Assembly (NCBI RefSeq): GCF_021028975.2
Contig: NC_059433.1
Coordinates: forward strand, 80,600,001-80,664,000
Origin: Sphaerodactylus townsendi
Taxonomy: Eukaryota
Reading direction: 5' to 3'
DNA length: 64,000 nt
Shown: in pieces, positions 39,906 through 55,297 of the stretch
How positions within the stretch are numbered: the first letter of the stretch is position 1
How the letters are laid out: each line of letters starts with the position of its first letter
Position numbers and translations under genes: made by a program
Notes under the pieces: model-generated
Told to the model about the DNA's origin: nothing
Seen by the model: only the letters and a program-made list of their open reading frames with translations
Database searches by the model: none

Positions 39906-42900
39906 CATTCAGTGGCGGAGTACCTATTTTGCATGCAAGCAGTTGGACATTCATCCCTCGCATCCCCGTTTAAAAGGACCAAATACAAGGTGATGTGATG
40001 ACTCTGTAAATCTGCTGTCCATCAGAGCAGGCAGTACTGATAGACCAATGGTCTGACTCAGCAGTCCTGTTCACGACTTATAGTGAACACACATATATCC
40101 TGAACAGCCAATTCGCATTCACTTTACAAATGAAACCAGGAAACATTACCTTGGGTATCAATCACACATTCTGTTGTACATGCAAATTACTCATCATGTG
40201 CATAAAGAAAAATCAAGTATACACTGTACATGGATTGTAGTGTGTTTGCGGTAACTTGTGAATGTGGCTAGCATGAGGCAGCCTTGTGTTTGTGTGTGTA
40301 CCATCACTGAGATGTTTGTCCTATAACACTGATGTGCTTAGGGGCTGAAGAAGCCTCTCTTCTGATCTATGATTTTTTTTAAAAAAAACTTTTTTACCCT
40401 CTGACAAATGCAATTCTGTTTCTTCTTACTCCCAGTTAAGAGTTAGGAGGGTTCACACATCCCTATTACCTGCTGTAAGATCTGGGGTTACCTGGACCTA
40501 TCTTTCCTCCTTCTTTGCCTACAACTTCTTGACTTCTTGTTTCTGTTCCAAGAAGCTCAGGCTTCTCTGAGACCATTAAATTTTATGACCTCTTTTACAG
40601 GATATCATTATGTGGAAATGTGTTGACATTATTAATGGTTTGTTTATAGATAAGTTATCCTGGGATGGCAGCTCTTGAACTTGCTTCTGATTTGTTTTCC
40701 GCTCAAGGGGCAAATCACAATTCTTCTACATTTTATCAAGCAGCCACATTTGCCACAAGGACACTGAAGCTACAGCAGTGTTTCCTGTGGAAAACTAAGT
40801 TTAGAAAGGCCAGTGTATATCCTTAAGTACATGTTCACATGTTGCACAGATCCAGTCCAAGTCACAAGCTGCTAATGCATGTCCACTGGTATTTCAGGCG
40901 TGTATGCCACATACTCTTTTTATATGTCCTGCAAGAAACTATTGAAGAACTCCAGAATACCTGTGGCAAACATGATCTAGAGCAATCTATATCATTCTGG
41001 ATTCCATGGAACCAGTTATGTCCTAGAGACATACTGCCCAAAAGTGAAAGGTTTACAAATCACTGTGACTGTTTCTGAGCGGCTGTAATATTTTATGTTT
41101 CATTGCTGATAATATCTCTCAGATCCTGTTCACCGTGGATGCCATGGTTACCACAAAGGTGTATCAGAAGCAGAGATGTGTCACAGTTGTTTAGATCATG
41201 CAGCCTGTTTCCCTTGTGGATTGTGGACAAAATATCTACTGTTTTGAAGTTTACTATATACAGGTTACATATGCGCCCAGCATAACTGCTGAAGGCCACT
41301 AAGAGCATTTCCATTTCCACTAGATAGTGTTATCAGTGCTTCATTGGGGAAGGCAAGGTCCTATTTGCGCAGAAGAAAGCTGTGATCAAGTAACTCCTAA
41401 AAAGTCCATTTTAGATTTGTATCCAATCTTCTTTTCTTTTTCTGACAGTACTGGAACGTATATTGTTCTTAGACTGTGTTTTCTCCAGCTTCTTCCTGTA
41501 CCCCCCTTTTTAAGTCTTCATATTATGGTTCAACTGATGTTCTAAGCTGCTTTTGAAGTCATGCAGTCTAAAGATACAGTAGCCATGTTTTTTTTTTAAA
41601 AAAAAAATATCAAATGAACAACAGCTACTTGTTCTGGAAGGCTATTCCTTTCTAAGTCCATTTGTAAGGGTCTCAAACAAAATTTGATGGCTGCTGAGTT
41701 TGATGAGGTGCTTGTTTCTTCTTGTTTTGTGTTCAATTATGGATTTTAGAATGTGTGACTTATGCTTGTGTGTGGTTTGATTTGAGAGTGGAGAAATTAG
41801 AATATAGATATTTCAAATAAATAAATGGCTGCCATAGTGAAATGTACAGTTGTGTTCAGACAGAGGCTACTTGGAAGGAAAAAAATGAGAATACTTGCTA
41901 AAATCAAGGGTGTTAGGCTTACCTTGTCTCTTTCACCATGGGTGAAACTACCATGTAAAAGAATATTTGATATGCAGAATCAGAGGTCTCTGAAAACCCA
42001 ATGAGTTATGATAACTCAAGACATATGACTGAAGGTATTGTGGACCTTTCCACACAGACACTTTAAAACATTTTGAGATAGGAAATAATATGTTTCCTCC
42101 ATGGAGTTTTGAATTGTTTTTACCTCAGAATGTTGTATTTGCAGCTTCAAAACATTTTAAATGAGTCCCCTTTAAAAACAATTCTCTGGCTGAAATGTTT
42201 TAAAAGCAGCTTCCTTTGCCTGTATGGTCCCTTTAAGATGTTTCCCATACCCCCCAGTCTTCACTCTAACCTCTCATTGGTGCCATTTTGTGAGCTCACT
42301 CCTTGCCCCTTTCTTATTTTTGGAGCATTTCAGTAGTGTTTGCTCAGTTTTGGGGGGGGGGGTGGTAATTTTTGATGTAAGGAGTGTGGAAGGTACAGAG
42401 ATTTTCATCCCCCTGCTGTGAAGCCCTGAAACTGAGATTCCACATGACGAACTCAAAATAAAAAGGAAAAATCATGTAATGGCATCCAGGAATAATTTCA
42501 AGGGGGTGAATGCAGAAATAAAGTATTGTAAAAGGGGGAAAATGAACATGTTTTAGAAACATTTTTGGCAATTTTTGTGGAATGGGCTGTGGTTCTGTAG
42601 ATAAAGATTGTTGATTCATCATAACAACCTGGAGTCTCTGTACCTACCATGGAGCTTTGTTCATCTATAAAGTTAATAGTTAATATTCGATAAATCTACT
42701 GTCATTATAAACTGTAGCAACCATACTGGGTTGCCAGATTCTATAATGTTTAATAAAGATCTCCAGCTATATATTTATTTATTGGGGGGGGGGGGTACTA
42801 GTAAATAAAACATGTTGTCGCCATTCATATAACCTGCCTTGACTTTGGATTTCAAGACTGCCAGGTGCCACAGATTTTATGTCATCATCTTCCAATGTCC

Positions 42901-44916
42901 TGAAAGAAAGGGGTGTTACTTCACACCGTTCCCCTGTAGTATTATTTCTGATGCCTGGGAATGATTTGCATATTTCCAGGATATTTCTAGAACTGTGCCC
43001 TGTCACTGCTCAGTGCCTTCCACTTCTCTGTGGCTGTGGTGGAGATCTGGAGGTTTCTGTCTCTCAGCAGCCAGAACCCAGCAGTCCAGTTGGCTGTCTG
43101 GCTGCTGCCTGCCTGCTCCCTTCAGGTCCTCTCTTGGCTGACATCTGTTAATAGCCCTTCTGGTTTTGCCAAGGGAGTGTTTCTAACTTCCTGGTATGGT
43201 CCTTGTGATTGGTCTGCCATACTTTCATTCTATAAGCACAGATAGTTGTCGTTGTTCCTGGCTGCATCTGAAAGTCACCTCTCCCCTTAATTGACATGTG
43301 ATTCATGATTCAATATTCTGTCTCCTCTGTGGCTTGAATTGTTGCTGACATCTGTTGCATGCCAATTTATGGCCTGAGGTGGCATTATTATACAAATGTC
43401 CCACTGCTACTTGTGCAGAATGTAGCTGTTCCCGCTGCTTAGAGTATCTACCTACTGTCAAAATGCACCACCTAGCTTGAAGCAGTTGATCTGGCTTCCT
43501 AGTTACTTCTGAGTTTAGTTCCAAGGGCTAATTCTTATCTTTAAAGGCTTTCCTGATCTGCGGCCTGCATATCTAAAGAACTGTCTCTCCTTGTATCCAG
43601 CTGTGCCCCAACTGTGTTTCTCACAGCAGTTTCTATTCTCAGTCTCTCCCCCCCTCCCACGCCACATGAGGTACATTCCGGCTCTCTCGGCTTCTGGAAC
43701 TGATTACCAAAAGCCATTTGAGAGGATCCAAAGGTAATGAGACAGCATCCGGAGAACCAAAATGTACCACATCCAGTGCAAAACCTCTGTCTTCTCTACT
43801 GTACTGAGCTACCTTTATTCAGGTGTATGATGCCTTGGGATTTTGTTTCATTTACTTGGTGAGCAGTGGAGTGGATTTGTTTGTGAAATCAACATGAAGC
43901 CGGTTCTACTGATTAAGTAATTAGCAGTGTGTGCAACCAATCCTCTTGGTTCCTTCAGAACTGATCATACTATAATTTCGGATTTGGAATACAAATAGGG
44001 GTGCAATTAAACCAGATAGATCCTAACTAGGGCTTTATTAACCAATTGCTATAGAAGGTTATCTATGTTGTGCAGGGCTTTATTAATAACTGCACTAACT
44101 TTTCAAACTGCCATCAACATAGTTTAAACTAATTTTTAAGCAGTTTGCCTACTTGTGGAATTACAAATAGTTGTAAGTAATTTTTGCTTACTGAGCTGCA
44201 TTTGAAAATGCCTTTATTATTTTTAATTGGCATCTCTGATTCGGCCATGTGGTACTTTTCATGCACGCTTTTCTAACATGGGTGATGTGGGAATCCTTTT
44301 CAAAGTGTGCAGAACTAGTTTAAGTCTGCATTAATGCTGGCCTGACAACCAGAAGTCATCTTCTGTGCTGAATATTTAAACATCATGTTGAACTTTAAAC
44401 ATTCAAATTATTTATTCTTATGGCTATTAAAATTGTGCTTCATTTAATTTCTGGGTCTTGTACGCTATAAAGGAATTTGTTCTTTCACCGCGCATTCTAC
44501 AAGCAATTTTTGGATATGCCGCAAAATACTGTTTGAGATTTTTCTTCAGTTTTTTTTCCTCTGAAAATCTACCCAAAATGTTGGTTTCCCTTGTGAAATC
44601 TATAAAATATTTAGAGAGCACAGTGGTTCCAAAGAAAATTACTGATGTTATTCAGAGTTATATCTGAATGGTAGCTGGCACCAAGGCTTGTGGCTGGCAG
44701 AAGGGAAAAGAAATGTTAAAAGTGCTGATTGGTAACCAAGTGATGTCATTTCTGAGGAAACCCAGAAGTGACATCAGCCCTCTGTGAATCCTGAAAGTTC
44801 TATGGTTTTACCCGTAGATACCCACCAGTCTCACTTTCTTTTCATAGAGAAGGTTCAATCCCTAAGATCTCATATAGAAAATTTTGGGGAAAACGTTTCT
44901 GTGACTGAGACTATAG

Positions 44917-45334
44917 CAGTGGTGGCGAACCTATTGCACAGGTGCCAGAGGTGGCACTCAGAGCTCTTTCTGTGGGCACGCGTGCACAGAGTTCATCATG
45001 TGGGGGGGGCGGAAAATCACACACACACCCCACACACACATCTAGGCTGGCCTGGGCATGATCCTTTACCTGGGAGTAAGATTGGTTGCTGGCAGTGGGG
45101 CTTACTTCTGAGTAAACCCTCCTAGGGTCGTGATTCACCCATTCAAAGTGTTGCACGGTTGCTTCACCAAGCTTACTCTAGAGTAACACGCGCCTCGGAG
45201 CCAACTTTTTTTTCTAAACAAAACCTCAGTATTCAGGTTAAATTGCCTTGTTGGCTTGCTGGCACTTTGCGATAAATAAGTGGGTTTTGGATTGCAATTT
45301 GGGTACTCAGTCTCAAAAATGTACGCCATTACTG
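44917..45334. mobile_element. hAT non-autonomous element
   Basis: cagtggtggcgaac / gtacgccattactg TIRs; perfect 8-bp TSD gactatag. Confidence 0.88.
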
Positions 45335-45835
45335 GACTATAGCATGTTGCTGTGCTACTCAGAGTAGTCTGTACTGAGCTAGACAAGCCAATGGCCTGCT
45401 GCGTATAAAGCTCCTTCTTGATGAGTACATTATACTTTGGATAATGGCCTTCCCTGTACTCACTTATTTTTCTTGTGATTCTCAGTTGCAGAAAAGTGTG
45501 TTGGTTGTGCTCTGGGTTCCAACTTTTTTTTTAACATGAGGCCATTTCGAAGATGCACGACATATAGGTGGTGTCCAGGTTAAGCTAACAAATTCCTGGA
45601 ATGCACTACAACATTTGGAGATTGCCTTAGCTTCATTTGGAACAGGTTACGAGAAGGAAGGAAGTCTGGAAACAATGGCTTTTGAGCTTCAGTTCATCCG
45701 TTATCAGTCTCAATCAATAAACATTCATACTTGTCAAGAAGCTTTAATGCCGATGTTCTTCATGTGTCTGAGAATCTTTGATGAATAATGCAGGAAATGT
45801 ATTTTGTCATTGTTAAGTTTTTTAACTTTTCACAG

Positions 45836-45954
45836 CTATAGGTTTGGACTCTTGTCCTGAACCACAGACCCCAAACAGTGGCATTAAAATAGGAGACAGG
45901 TACATGGTTGGAGATGTGGTTTCCTTCCAGTGTGATCAAGGCTATTCTCTCCAG
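45836..45954 (+). CDS. CSMD3: CSMD3 exon (sushi first half) AIGLDSCPEPQTPNSGIKIGDRYMVGDVVSFQCDQGYSLQ
   Basis: ttttcacag acceptor, cag|gtaagt donor; 119 nt, phase 1-0. Confidence 0.95.
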
Positions 45955-46311
45955 GTAAGTTTTAGTCAGGGAAACCGTCTATTATATATTTTGTTGTTGT
46001 TGTTTTTGTTGTTGTTGTTATGAGGTAAAAATGCATAACATTGTAAAATATAAAAGATTGTGGGTTTTTTTAAAAAAAAATCTTTGAATCTACTTGTCCT
46101 TCTTAAATACAGCAGAAATAAGGGTTGCCAATTTCAAGGTGAGGCTTGGAGATCTCCTGAAATCAGAATTGATCTCCAAACTACAGAAATAAATCCACCT
46201 GGAGAAAATGGCCACTTTGGAGGGTGGACTCTATAGTATTATCAGTTGCTGGGGAACCCGAGTGGGAGGATGCAGTTGTAGTCATCCTCCTCACAGGCTT
46301 CGACAGGCAGA

Positions 46312-46650
46312 AGCCTTTATTCGCATTATACATTACAATATTACAATATCAAAAACAAAAAGGGAACGTTTATCTATTAACTAAACCCAATAAAATACAT
46401 TAAAATATGCATTAAATATCTACATACAGACCCTGTATACAGAACACAAAGAGAGCTAAATTAACCATGACTGTTTTGTGGAGAATAATTACGCTTAGCC
46501 AGGTAATGCTTCAGAAAGCTCGCAACGTTTTCACAGATCAGATCACAAGAACCATTGAGTAGAAAGTTCATAACAGATGATGACATGTCAATATTTAACC
46601 TCTCTATCAAGGGATGAATATACATGGAGCGTGGAAGATCATACATAGAA
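46312..46650 (-). mobile_element. RTE-X-like LINE 3' fragment inside a tagggttgcc-type MITE (46122-46742)
   Basis: Minus-strand peptide YDLPRSMYIHPLI..FLL..ICENVASFL resembles a LINE ORF2 C-terminus; ends atgcgaataaaggctt. Confidence 0.55.
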
Positions 46651-47300
46651 GTACTGTATCCTATGAGGTCCCTCCCCAAACTCCGCCTTCTCCAGATTCC
46701 GCCTCTAAATTGGGAAATTCCCAACCCAGAGTTGGCATCCATAGTAGAAAGACATTGCGAAAGTTAGGTGGTTAAGTGTCGAGTGACTTTAACTTTTTGC
46801 CAACATGGTATGTTAGAATCTCACACCAATTTTATTTAATAGATTTTAATTACCAGCTGGGAGCTATTTTCAGACCTTGATCAATAAGAAAGAACAAAGA
46901 AAGCAGAAAAAGAAGTGACAATAAAGTATGTCCTTTCTGAGAAATCATTATTTTGTCCAAGCAGATTTATAGGTATAAGATTTGTAAACAGCAGTTAATG
47001 AGCAAACTACACATTACACTGCAGTAGCACCTGCTACCTATATTCCTGATGAACACGTCTCCCTTGCAAAGAACTCTGGGAACAGATTGATTTGTATTTT
47101 TTAAAAAATCTAGAAGGGAACCACCACTGTTCTTCTGGCACTTGTAGTCTGAAATACTCACCCAGCTGCTTCAAGCCCTCCTTTTTGGCTATACAGGACT
47201 CGTGCTTATCTTGCAAACATGAATCTGAAACCCATGAAGATGAAACCACATGACATACTGTGTCTACGACTGGGGAAATCAAGGGTTGAATATTCACTTA

Positions 47301-47429
47301 GGCCCCTCCCGCACATGCAGAATAATGCATTTTCAATGCATTTTGCAGTTGGATTTTACTGTGCAGAATAGCAGAATCCACTTTCACAATTGTTTGAAAG
47401 TGCATTATTCTGCATGTGCAGAAGGGGCC
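47301..47429. mobile_element. Harbinger-type MITE
   Basis: TIRs ggcccctcccgcacatgcag / ctgcatgtgcagaaggggcc; canonical TSD TTA. Confidence 0.88.
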
Positions 47430-48134
47430 TTAGCCATGATTCTTGAGTTACTTTCTCACAGCTTAACCTATCTCAGAAGGTGTAAAGTGAGTTTAAAGTG
47501 AGAAGTGGAATATTATGTATGACATCCAAAACTCAAAAGAAGGGTGAGATAAAAAATATGAAGACTAAACACAATTATGTTTTTGTAAGAAGGCAAGGAT
47601 AAGTGTTATCAGTCCTGGCCCCTCCCAGATGAAATGCTCTTTCTAATGAGACCTAGGCCCTATGGGACTTGAGGCAATTCTTCAGGGCCTATAGCTGTTC
47701 CACCAGGCATATGGTTGAGGCATCTGTGTTTGATCTATCCTAATGGCCTCCCTCTCTCATTCCTCTCTGCTGTGCATATTGTCAGGGTTACTGAGTGCTG
47801 CATTTTAATGTACAAAGTGGATTTGATTCACCATCAGGGGTTCTAATTAGATTGGGGATTTATGATTTTATGTTTTATGATAATGTGTTTTATATGTTGG
47901 AAGCTGCCTTGAGCTTGCGAGGGAAAGGGCGACATATAAATTGAATAAAATGAAATGAAAGATATGGTACCTGTCAACATTTCCAAGTTGATACCAATGT
48001 GCCCAACAGAAAATGAAGGAAAGAAATCAGTTGTCATCCCCTGAACTAATACATTATTAATATATGACACTATTGTTTTGGCAGTATAGGGTTGCACTGT
48101 TTCTAATTTTCTAATTTTGGAAATGTCATTATAG

Positions 48135-48236
<102 letters not shown>

Positions 48237-48304
48237 TGAAAACTATCCAAAAACAAAACATAAAGGGTTGGAAGTTGTCTTTTGCAGACGTGGTGTAGGA
48301 GGTT

Positions 48305-48605
48305 AGGAGCAGCAGTGGCATAGGAGGTTAAGAGCTCGTGTATCTAATCTGGAGGAACCGGGTTTGATTCCCAGCTCTGCCGCCTGAGCTGTGGAGGCTT
48401 ATCTGGGGAATTCGATTAGCCTGTACACTCCCACACACACCAGCAGGGTGACCTTGGGCTAGTGACAGCTTCTCGGAGCTCTCTCAGCCCCACCTACCTC
48501 ACAGGGTGTTTGTTGTGAGAGGGGAAGGGCAAGGAGATTGTAAGCCCCTTTGAGTCTCCTGCAGGAGAGAAAGGGGGGATATAAATCCAAACTCTTCTTC
48601 TTCTT
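48305..48605 (+). mobile_element. Squam3-type tRNA-derived SINE (young)
   Basis: aggagcagcagtggcataggaggttaag..ccgggtttgattccc..ataaatccaaactcttcttcttctt. Confidence 0.88.
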
Positions 48606-48607
48606 AT

Positions 48608-48785
48608 GGAGACCCCATAGGGTTTTCAAGGCAAGAGACATTCAAAAGTGGTGTCCCATTGCCTGCCTCTGCATAGCAACCCTGGAATCCCTTGGTGGTC
48701 TCCCATAAAAATGTTAACTAGGGCCATTCCTGCATAGCTTCCAATATTGACCACATTGGTCTTGCCTGGTTCATCCAGGTCAGGA
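48608..48785 (-). mobile_element. 5S-derived SINE
   Basis: ggttttcaaggcaagaga..ccattgcc..ggtggtctccca; reverse of the 2010 type. Confidence 0.65.
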
Positions 48786-49454
48786 GCTTTGATTTCTACC
48801 AAGGACGTTTTCTTACGGTACAAGGAGCCTTCTCCTTGAGAAAGAGGCTATTTTATTAGGGTAAGATTCCTTTTTTTTACAATTGTCATTTTTAATGTCA
48901 GATTTGAGTCCAATTATTACATTATATAGTGCCTGACTTTCTCCTGTTTAGAGATCAGAAAGGTACTGTAGACATATGATGGTGTATATCAAATGGGTGT
49001 ACTGGTGTCGTTTAGTGGTTAAAATGTTGCACTAGAATCTGCAAGAGCCAGGTTTGAATCCCTACCATAATATGGAAGCTGCTGGGCAACTTTGGGCCAG
49101 TTGCACACCTGCCGCCTCACCTATCTCATAGAACTGTTGTGGGGATAAAATTGAGAAAAACAGTGCAATGTTTGTTGGTTTGAGTCCCAATTGGGGAGAA
49201 AAGTAGGACATACATGAAGTAAATGAAAGTAAATAATTAAAATAAAGAAATTGCAGCATGAACAGACGGATGAATCAAAATGATATGGCTGAAGTTATTA
49301 GATCCTCCAATACTATTGTTTTTGTCAGCCATGTCATCCCAGAATCATCTTCCAATGTCTCTGGCCAAGGAACTTTAAAGGGGGATTCAAACATGACACT
49401 ACTGGATTAAGGTTTAACTTGATCAAGAACATAAATGCTGAAGTCATAATCAGA

Positions 49455-49595
49455 GGCCCCTTCCGCACACGCAAAATAATGCGTTTTCAAACCACTTTCA
49501 CAACTGTTTGCAAGTGGATTTTGCTATTTCGCACAGCTTCAAAGAGCACTGAAAGCAGTTTGAAAGTGCATTATTCTGCATGTGCGGAATGAGTT
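49455..49595. mobile_element. Harbinger-type MITE
   Basis: ggccccttccgcacacgca...tgcatgtgcggaatg. Confidence 0.8.
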
Positions 49596-50419
49596 TTAGT
49601 TACAACCTTCCAAGTACATTCACTTAAGTGGACTACTTAGGATTGTACTATAAGCCTTATACTCTGCATTTTATAACCTTCTTCTTCACAATGTATGTGC
49701 ACATGTGTTTGTGTACGTGTGTATGTGTGCGCACATGTTCATGGGCTCTATTTTGTGAAAGATTATACTGTAATAAAAACTGGTTAATCTGGTTGCCACC
49801 ACAAAATTATTATTTATAATAATTTTCTTGAGTTTTTCTTGAGTTTTTCATAGTGCTTTACTAAACCCCATTGACAACATAAGGAAATAAATGAGGACAT
49901 ATATAACAAGCAAAGACTCAAACTATATAAATATTAACTTTGGAAGTCATTCCGAATTATCTAAAGAAAAGCATATGAAAATGATTATCTGGCTTAAAGT
50001 CAACTTTTGAAGCCATTAGGACCACTAAATTGCATCGCTGCTGCTGGTCTTCGGTGGGTTTTAAAATTTAAAGAAATAACTCAGTCATGTAAAGAGACTC
50101 AGAAGATTTAATGTGGGAAGCCTAAACCAGTGTTCACTTAAAGAAAATGATCTAAATAATTATGAATTCTCCCACAGATGTCGGCAGCTTTACCTAAATT
50201 ACCCAAATTATAGGATATATTATTGGGGAAATCTCTTAGGACGCTTTAAATTATATTTTATTTCTCAATTGTGGTGATTCTAGCTTAAGGAAGTATTATC
50301 CTAATGTGAAATAAGAACCAACTTTTTATTTTAAAAGGTGCTAATTTAGAAAATTAATGCAGAGAGCTCAACTGTTCCCCCCTCCCCAATTTAATGTCTT
50401 AAACTATTCTTTATGCTAA

Positions 50420-50584
<165 letters not shown>

Positions 50585-51699
50585 TGAAGGTCTTATGGCT
50601 GCTTTAATTTATAGTTCTTTGTTTGACATAGTGGGTCTATGTTATGATAACCTTTTTTATATAGGACTTCCACTGTGTACTGTAGGTTTCCACAATTTCT
50701 ACAGTGTTGGTAGTAGCTTAGTATGTACTATACTATAACAGATATCGATCTGCCCAGCCCTGAATATTGTATTAACTTGAAAAAAAACTATTCCCAGTGA
50801 AAATTCCAGTGTGTACTCATGAAAGGGTGAATTAATATAATAACTACATGTGTTCATTCTCTCAATCTAAATTTTAAAGGCATTAAAATCACATTTTTAT
50901 AAAGAAGTGAAATTATGATACCATTCAAATATTAACTTGAGGATAAAGCAAGCTAGAATTTGAGGTAGCACTGCTTCAAAAATAATGATCAATGACTTAT
51001 ACATATTAGCAAGTTTAGGAATGTGAAAGAATTCCTTTCTTATAGAATGTGCTGTACACCATATACACCGAGAACTTAAGAGAAGTGATATTTGGGATGG
51101 CAGTCCCCTAGTAGGGGTGAGTGATATTCTATATCTTGTTTCCTGCCACTACCTGAAATGATGGTGGGAATTTTTTAAAAAAGGCTGTTTGGATAATGGA
51201 ATGTTTTCACTTCCAGAGAAAACCCAGATGTGATATCATACTCCCCTATGAAACACTGGAAAATCTATGGTAAAAACATTATGTTTTCAGCAATTCCTAG
51301 AGACGGCTGACATCACTTCTGGGTTTTGCCCAAAAGGAAAATTAAACCCTCACCGTGGATGTCCCCATGTCTCTGTCCCCCTGTCTCCCTCTGGGTGCCA
51401 TGATAGGCCCATCAACCCTATATTATAACAATGACCGATAAACATCCTTAAGGACAATCGAAAGTAAATAAATAAAAATTAAGGTATATTTGAAAATAAA
51501 ATGAATAACTATTATTTGAGAATAAAATGAATAACTATTCATGTATGGTTCTCTAAGATCTCAGGGCAAAGAGATTTCTCCCCACCCCTTTCCATAGATA
51601 GTCTTATTACTTCATCATCCCTTCTGGAGCATATTTTGTTAGACAAAAATCTAACCTATGAGAGAGGGGGGGGAGGGGGAGACCAGGTAATCATACAAC

Positions 51700-51863
51700 A
51701 GACCAGGTAATCGGGAGCAACAGCCGCAGAAGGCCATTGCTTTCACATCCTGCATGTGAGCTCCCAAAGGCACCTGGTGGGCCACTGCGAGTAGCAGAGA
51801 GCTGGACTAGATGGACTTTGGTCTGATCCAGCTGGCTTGTTCTTATGTTCTTATGTTCTTATG
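51700..51863 (+). mobile_element. CR1-type 3' end with (TTCTTATG)n tail
   Basis: gctggactagatggac..tggtctgatccagc..ttcttatgttcttatgttcttatg. Confidence 0.8.
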
Positions 51864-52064
51864 GGAGGGGGGTCAGAATGCATTCTTTGGCAGCCATCCT
51901 AAACAGAATGACACCATTCAATTGAAGTCGAGCTTAGAAGGCAGTTATATCACTAGGGAGGGGAGGATTCAGTAGTGGAAGCAGCTGTGATCACAAAAAA
52001 GCTTTGTTTATTAGAAAACTGCAGCTTAAGAAATGGAATTTGAGGATAACACCTGTGTTTTGAT

Positions 52065-53028
52065 CAGGTTTGGTTTCTGAGTTCAAAGTTATGGACTCCC
52101 CAAAGCGACTGTCTCCCCATCCCCATTGTTTCCAATGGGTTTTTCATTAGGAGATAGGGATTACACCTTTGAGGGTCCATAACTTCTAACTCTCAGAACC
52201 AAACTTCACCAACCCAGTGCTACCATCAGGTCAGGTCTCAATGAAGATAACCTTGAGCCTTGGTGCTTCTCATCTCAATAATTGCACCTCTGACAGCAGA
52301 CAATACACCCTAATTTTCCCCAGATTTTCTTTTTAAATCCCCNNNNNNNNNNNNNNNNNNNNNNNNNNNNNNNNNNNNNNNNNNNNNNNNNNNNNNNNNN
52401 NNNNNNNNNNNNNNNNNNNNNNNNNNNNNNNNNNNNNNNNNNNNNNNNNNNNNNNNNNNNNNNNNNNNNNNNNNNNNNNNNNAATAAATACACAATAACA
52501 ACACCAACACCAACAACAATACCAACAACACCAATACCAACAATACAATAATACTAATGTACTTAAATCAAATCTCGGCTGGCATGAATTTAAAGGGAGA
52601 ATCTGAGGTCCCCAGTTTAAACATTGAAAGTGATGTTGTTTCAGGGTGGGGGAGCCCAGATTCTCCTTTTAAATCCACCTTAAAGGGAGAATCTGGGGTC
52701 CCCAGTTTAAATAACATTGAAAGTGATGCTGTTTCTCCCAATTGGGGGGACTGGATACAACACCATAAAATGTTTTCATAGCAGTAATAAAACATTTTGA
52801 AAGCATTTTGAAAATGTTTTCAAACAATTATTTCTGCTGTGTGGCATGGCCCATTGCTGTGTTCAGATTTGTGAGCTGGGGCATGTTCTATATGTGATGG
52901 TGACTTCAAAACGACCTGGTGGAAAAAATCATTGTTTGGTCACGGTGGGAGAGGGTGGCCGCCCATGGGGAGGAGGGCATCAAACTCAGGTTTTGCCCAG
53001 GGCTCCAGTTTGCACAGGTACGCCACTG
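52065..53028. mobile_element. Second, left-truncated copy of the 6859 hAT element; spans the gap
   Basis: Colinear with ~7060-8005; ends ggtacgccactg. Confidence 0.8.
52343..52482. other. Assembly gap (140 N)
   Basis: Run of N. Confidence 1.
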
Positions 53029-53882
53029 TCATCCAGTAATGGTTACAGGACCTGAGGGTCTCCTTCCTAGAGATGGTCTCGGAGCAGGCCTTGACGTAAC
53101 AGTATTAGTATACCACAGAGGGTGCAATTTTGCTGTTGAGCACTATACTACAGAAGTTCCTAGAAAATGGATTATGATTGCAGTACAGCCAGAATGCACA
53201 ATAGAGAGGATATACACCTGTTTTACTAGTACACTGAGTAAATGTGGAAAAGAGGATTAGGAACTGGCCACCTTAGAATCTGTGCATCTGTTTGTATAGA
53301 GTTTCATATCCCCCCAGATGTGTTTCATTGTATATAAATGGAAGAAGGAAGTTTTAATTTGAACTTAAATATGTTGCATAGATGTTAATCTAGGACATAA
53401 TTTATGTGACCAAGAAAATTATTTGCTAGGCTTCTGTTAGTTGTATGAAATAATCTGTACTGTATATTCACAAAAGTAATTTAAATTGGATAATTACAGT
53501 ATTGTTCCTCACTCTTCAATAATTAAATTGATATTACACGTCATTTGCTGAATATTATATGAAATCCATAAGCTTATCTCTGCTGGAACCATTCAGAATG
53601 GCTCAATTATCTTTAAAATGAACACAATGATTTACCATTCTTTGTTAACATTGAATTATTTCAGGCCAAAAAAAATCATCTTACTTTGCCTTATTTGATC
53701 TACATTCCAAATAAATGCTTGTTCTTTTCTCCTGCTCTTGCTTGTTTAAATGGCAGATTTCTTTGAAGTGGGGAAAGACTAGGGGCTTGTTATTTTATTT
53801 TGGTTTTAACTGGAAATATTGTAGTACTACTCTGTAAGCTGCCTTGAGCCACAAGGAAAGGTGGGGTGCAATATTTTAATAA

Positions 53883-54179
<297 letters not shown>

Positions 54180-55066
54180 TGATTTTACACGTTTACTATA
54201 TGGGTTCTGTGTTTTTTTAAAAAACACCAGAAGACCACTTTAAAATAATATGTAAATAGAAAGAGTATGTTGCTTATAAAAAATGTCCCAGCTTTGGACT
54301 TTGGAAACAATTTTCATTGGACCACATGTAGAAGTATTGTACGGTCTTGCTGTTGCCAGGTCCTTGTAGAAACAGCATTTGGGAAGTTAAAGATCTACAT
54401 CAAGAGGGGACAGTTCTTAAGTTCCCTTTAATTTCAGAATTCCTCTATGGGATCAAAACCATCAACACTGCATCTGTACTGAGCATGTGTGAACACCCAT
54501 AAATGTGCTTATTTAATCCTCACAATCCTTCCGCTGCCATGACTTTATAAGATAATTCAATCAGGCCTGTATACCCCCTATCATACAGGCCAGAGTTGAA
54601 AAAAAATTGTGAACCGGGGTCACAGAGCCCAGAAAACCATCTACCGCCAGCTGCTTTTGGCTGTGAACGCCTTCAGCAATACAAATTGTGCAACTACTTC
54701 TACAAGAACATGGGCAGATGTTTTGACATGTTTTCACAAATAATAATCTCCTTTGCCATATGGGAAACATATTTTGTAGCAGGATATGGTGACTTGTATC
54801 CATTGAGAATTGCAAGCTGAGTGGAGCTTGTGGACTAGGACTGCATAAAACAGTGAAAATACACAGATTTGGGTGTATGTTAGAAAAACCATAGATTTAG
54901 AATAGTGTGCTGTGGATCATCAGGAGTTCATTTCAACATGTTAAGAATATTCAGATGTACCTTAATCTTTTTTCCCCCAACAGTGTTTTTGAGATGTGTA
55001 GTTAGATCTTAGAAAAAACTTTACATTTTTGCACATTGTTGCACATTGAAGAGATTTTAATGGTGA

Positions 55067-55297
<231 letters not shown>

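Noticed and set aside
45940-45960. Recursive-splice-like Yn-CAG|GTAAGT motif
   Set aside because: It is the normal donor of a coding exon; the pyrimidines are explained by the YSLQ codons.
48305-48400. tRNA gene
   Set aside because: SINE head; no complete cloverleaf, and it continues into the Squam3 body.
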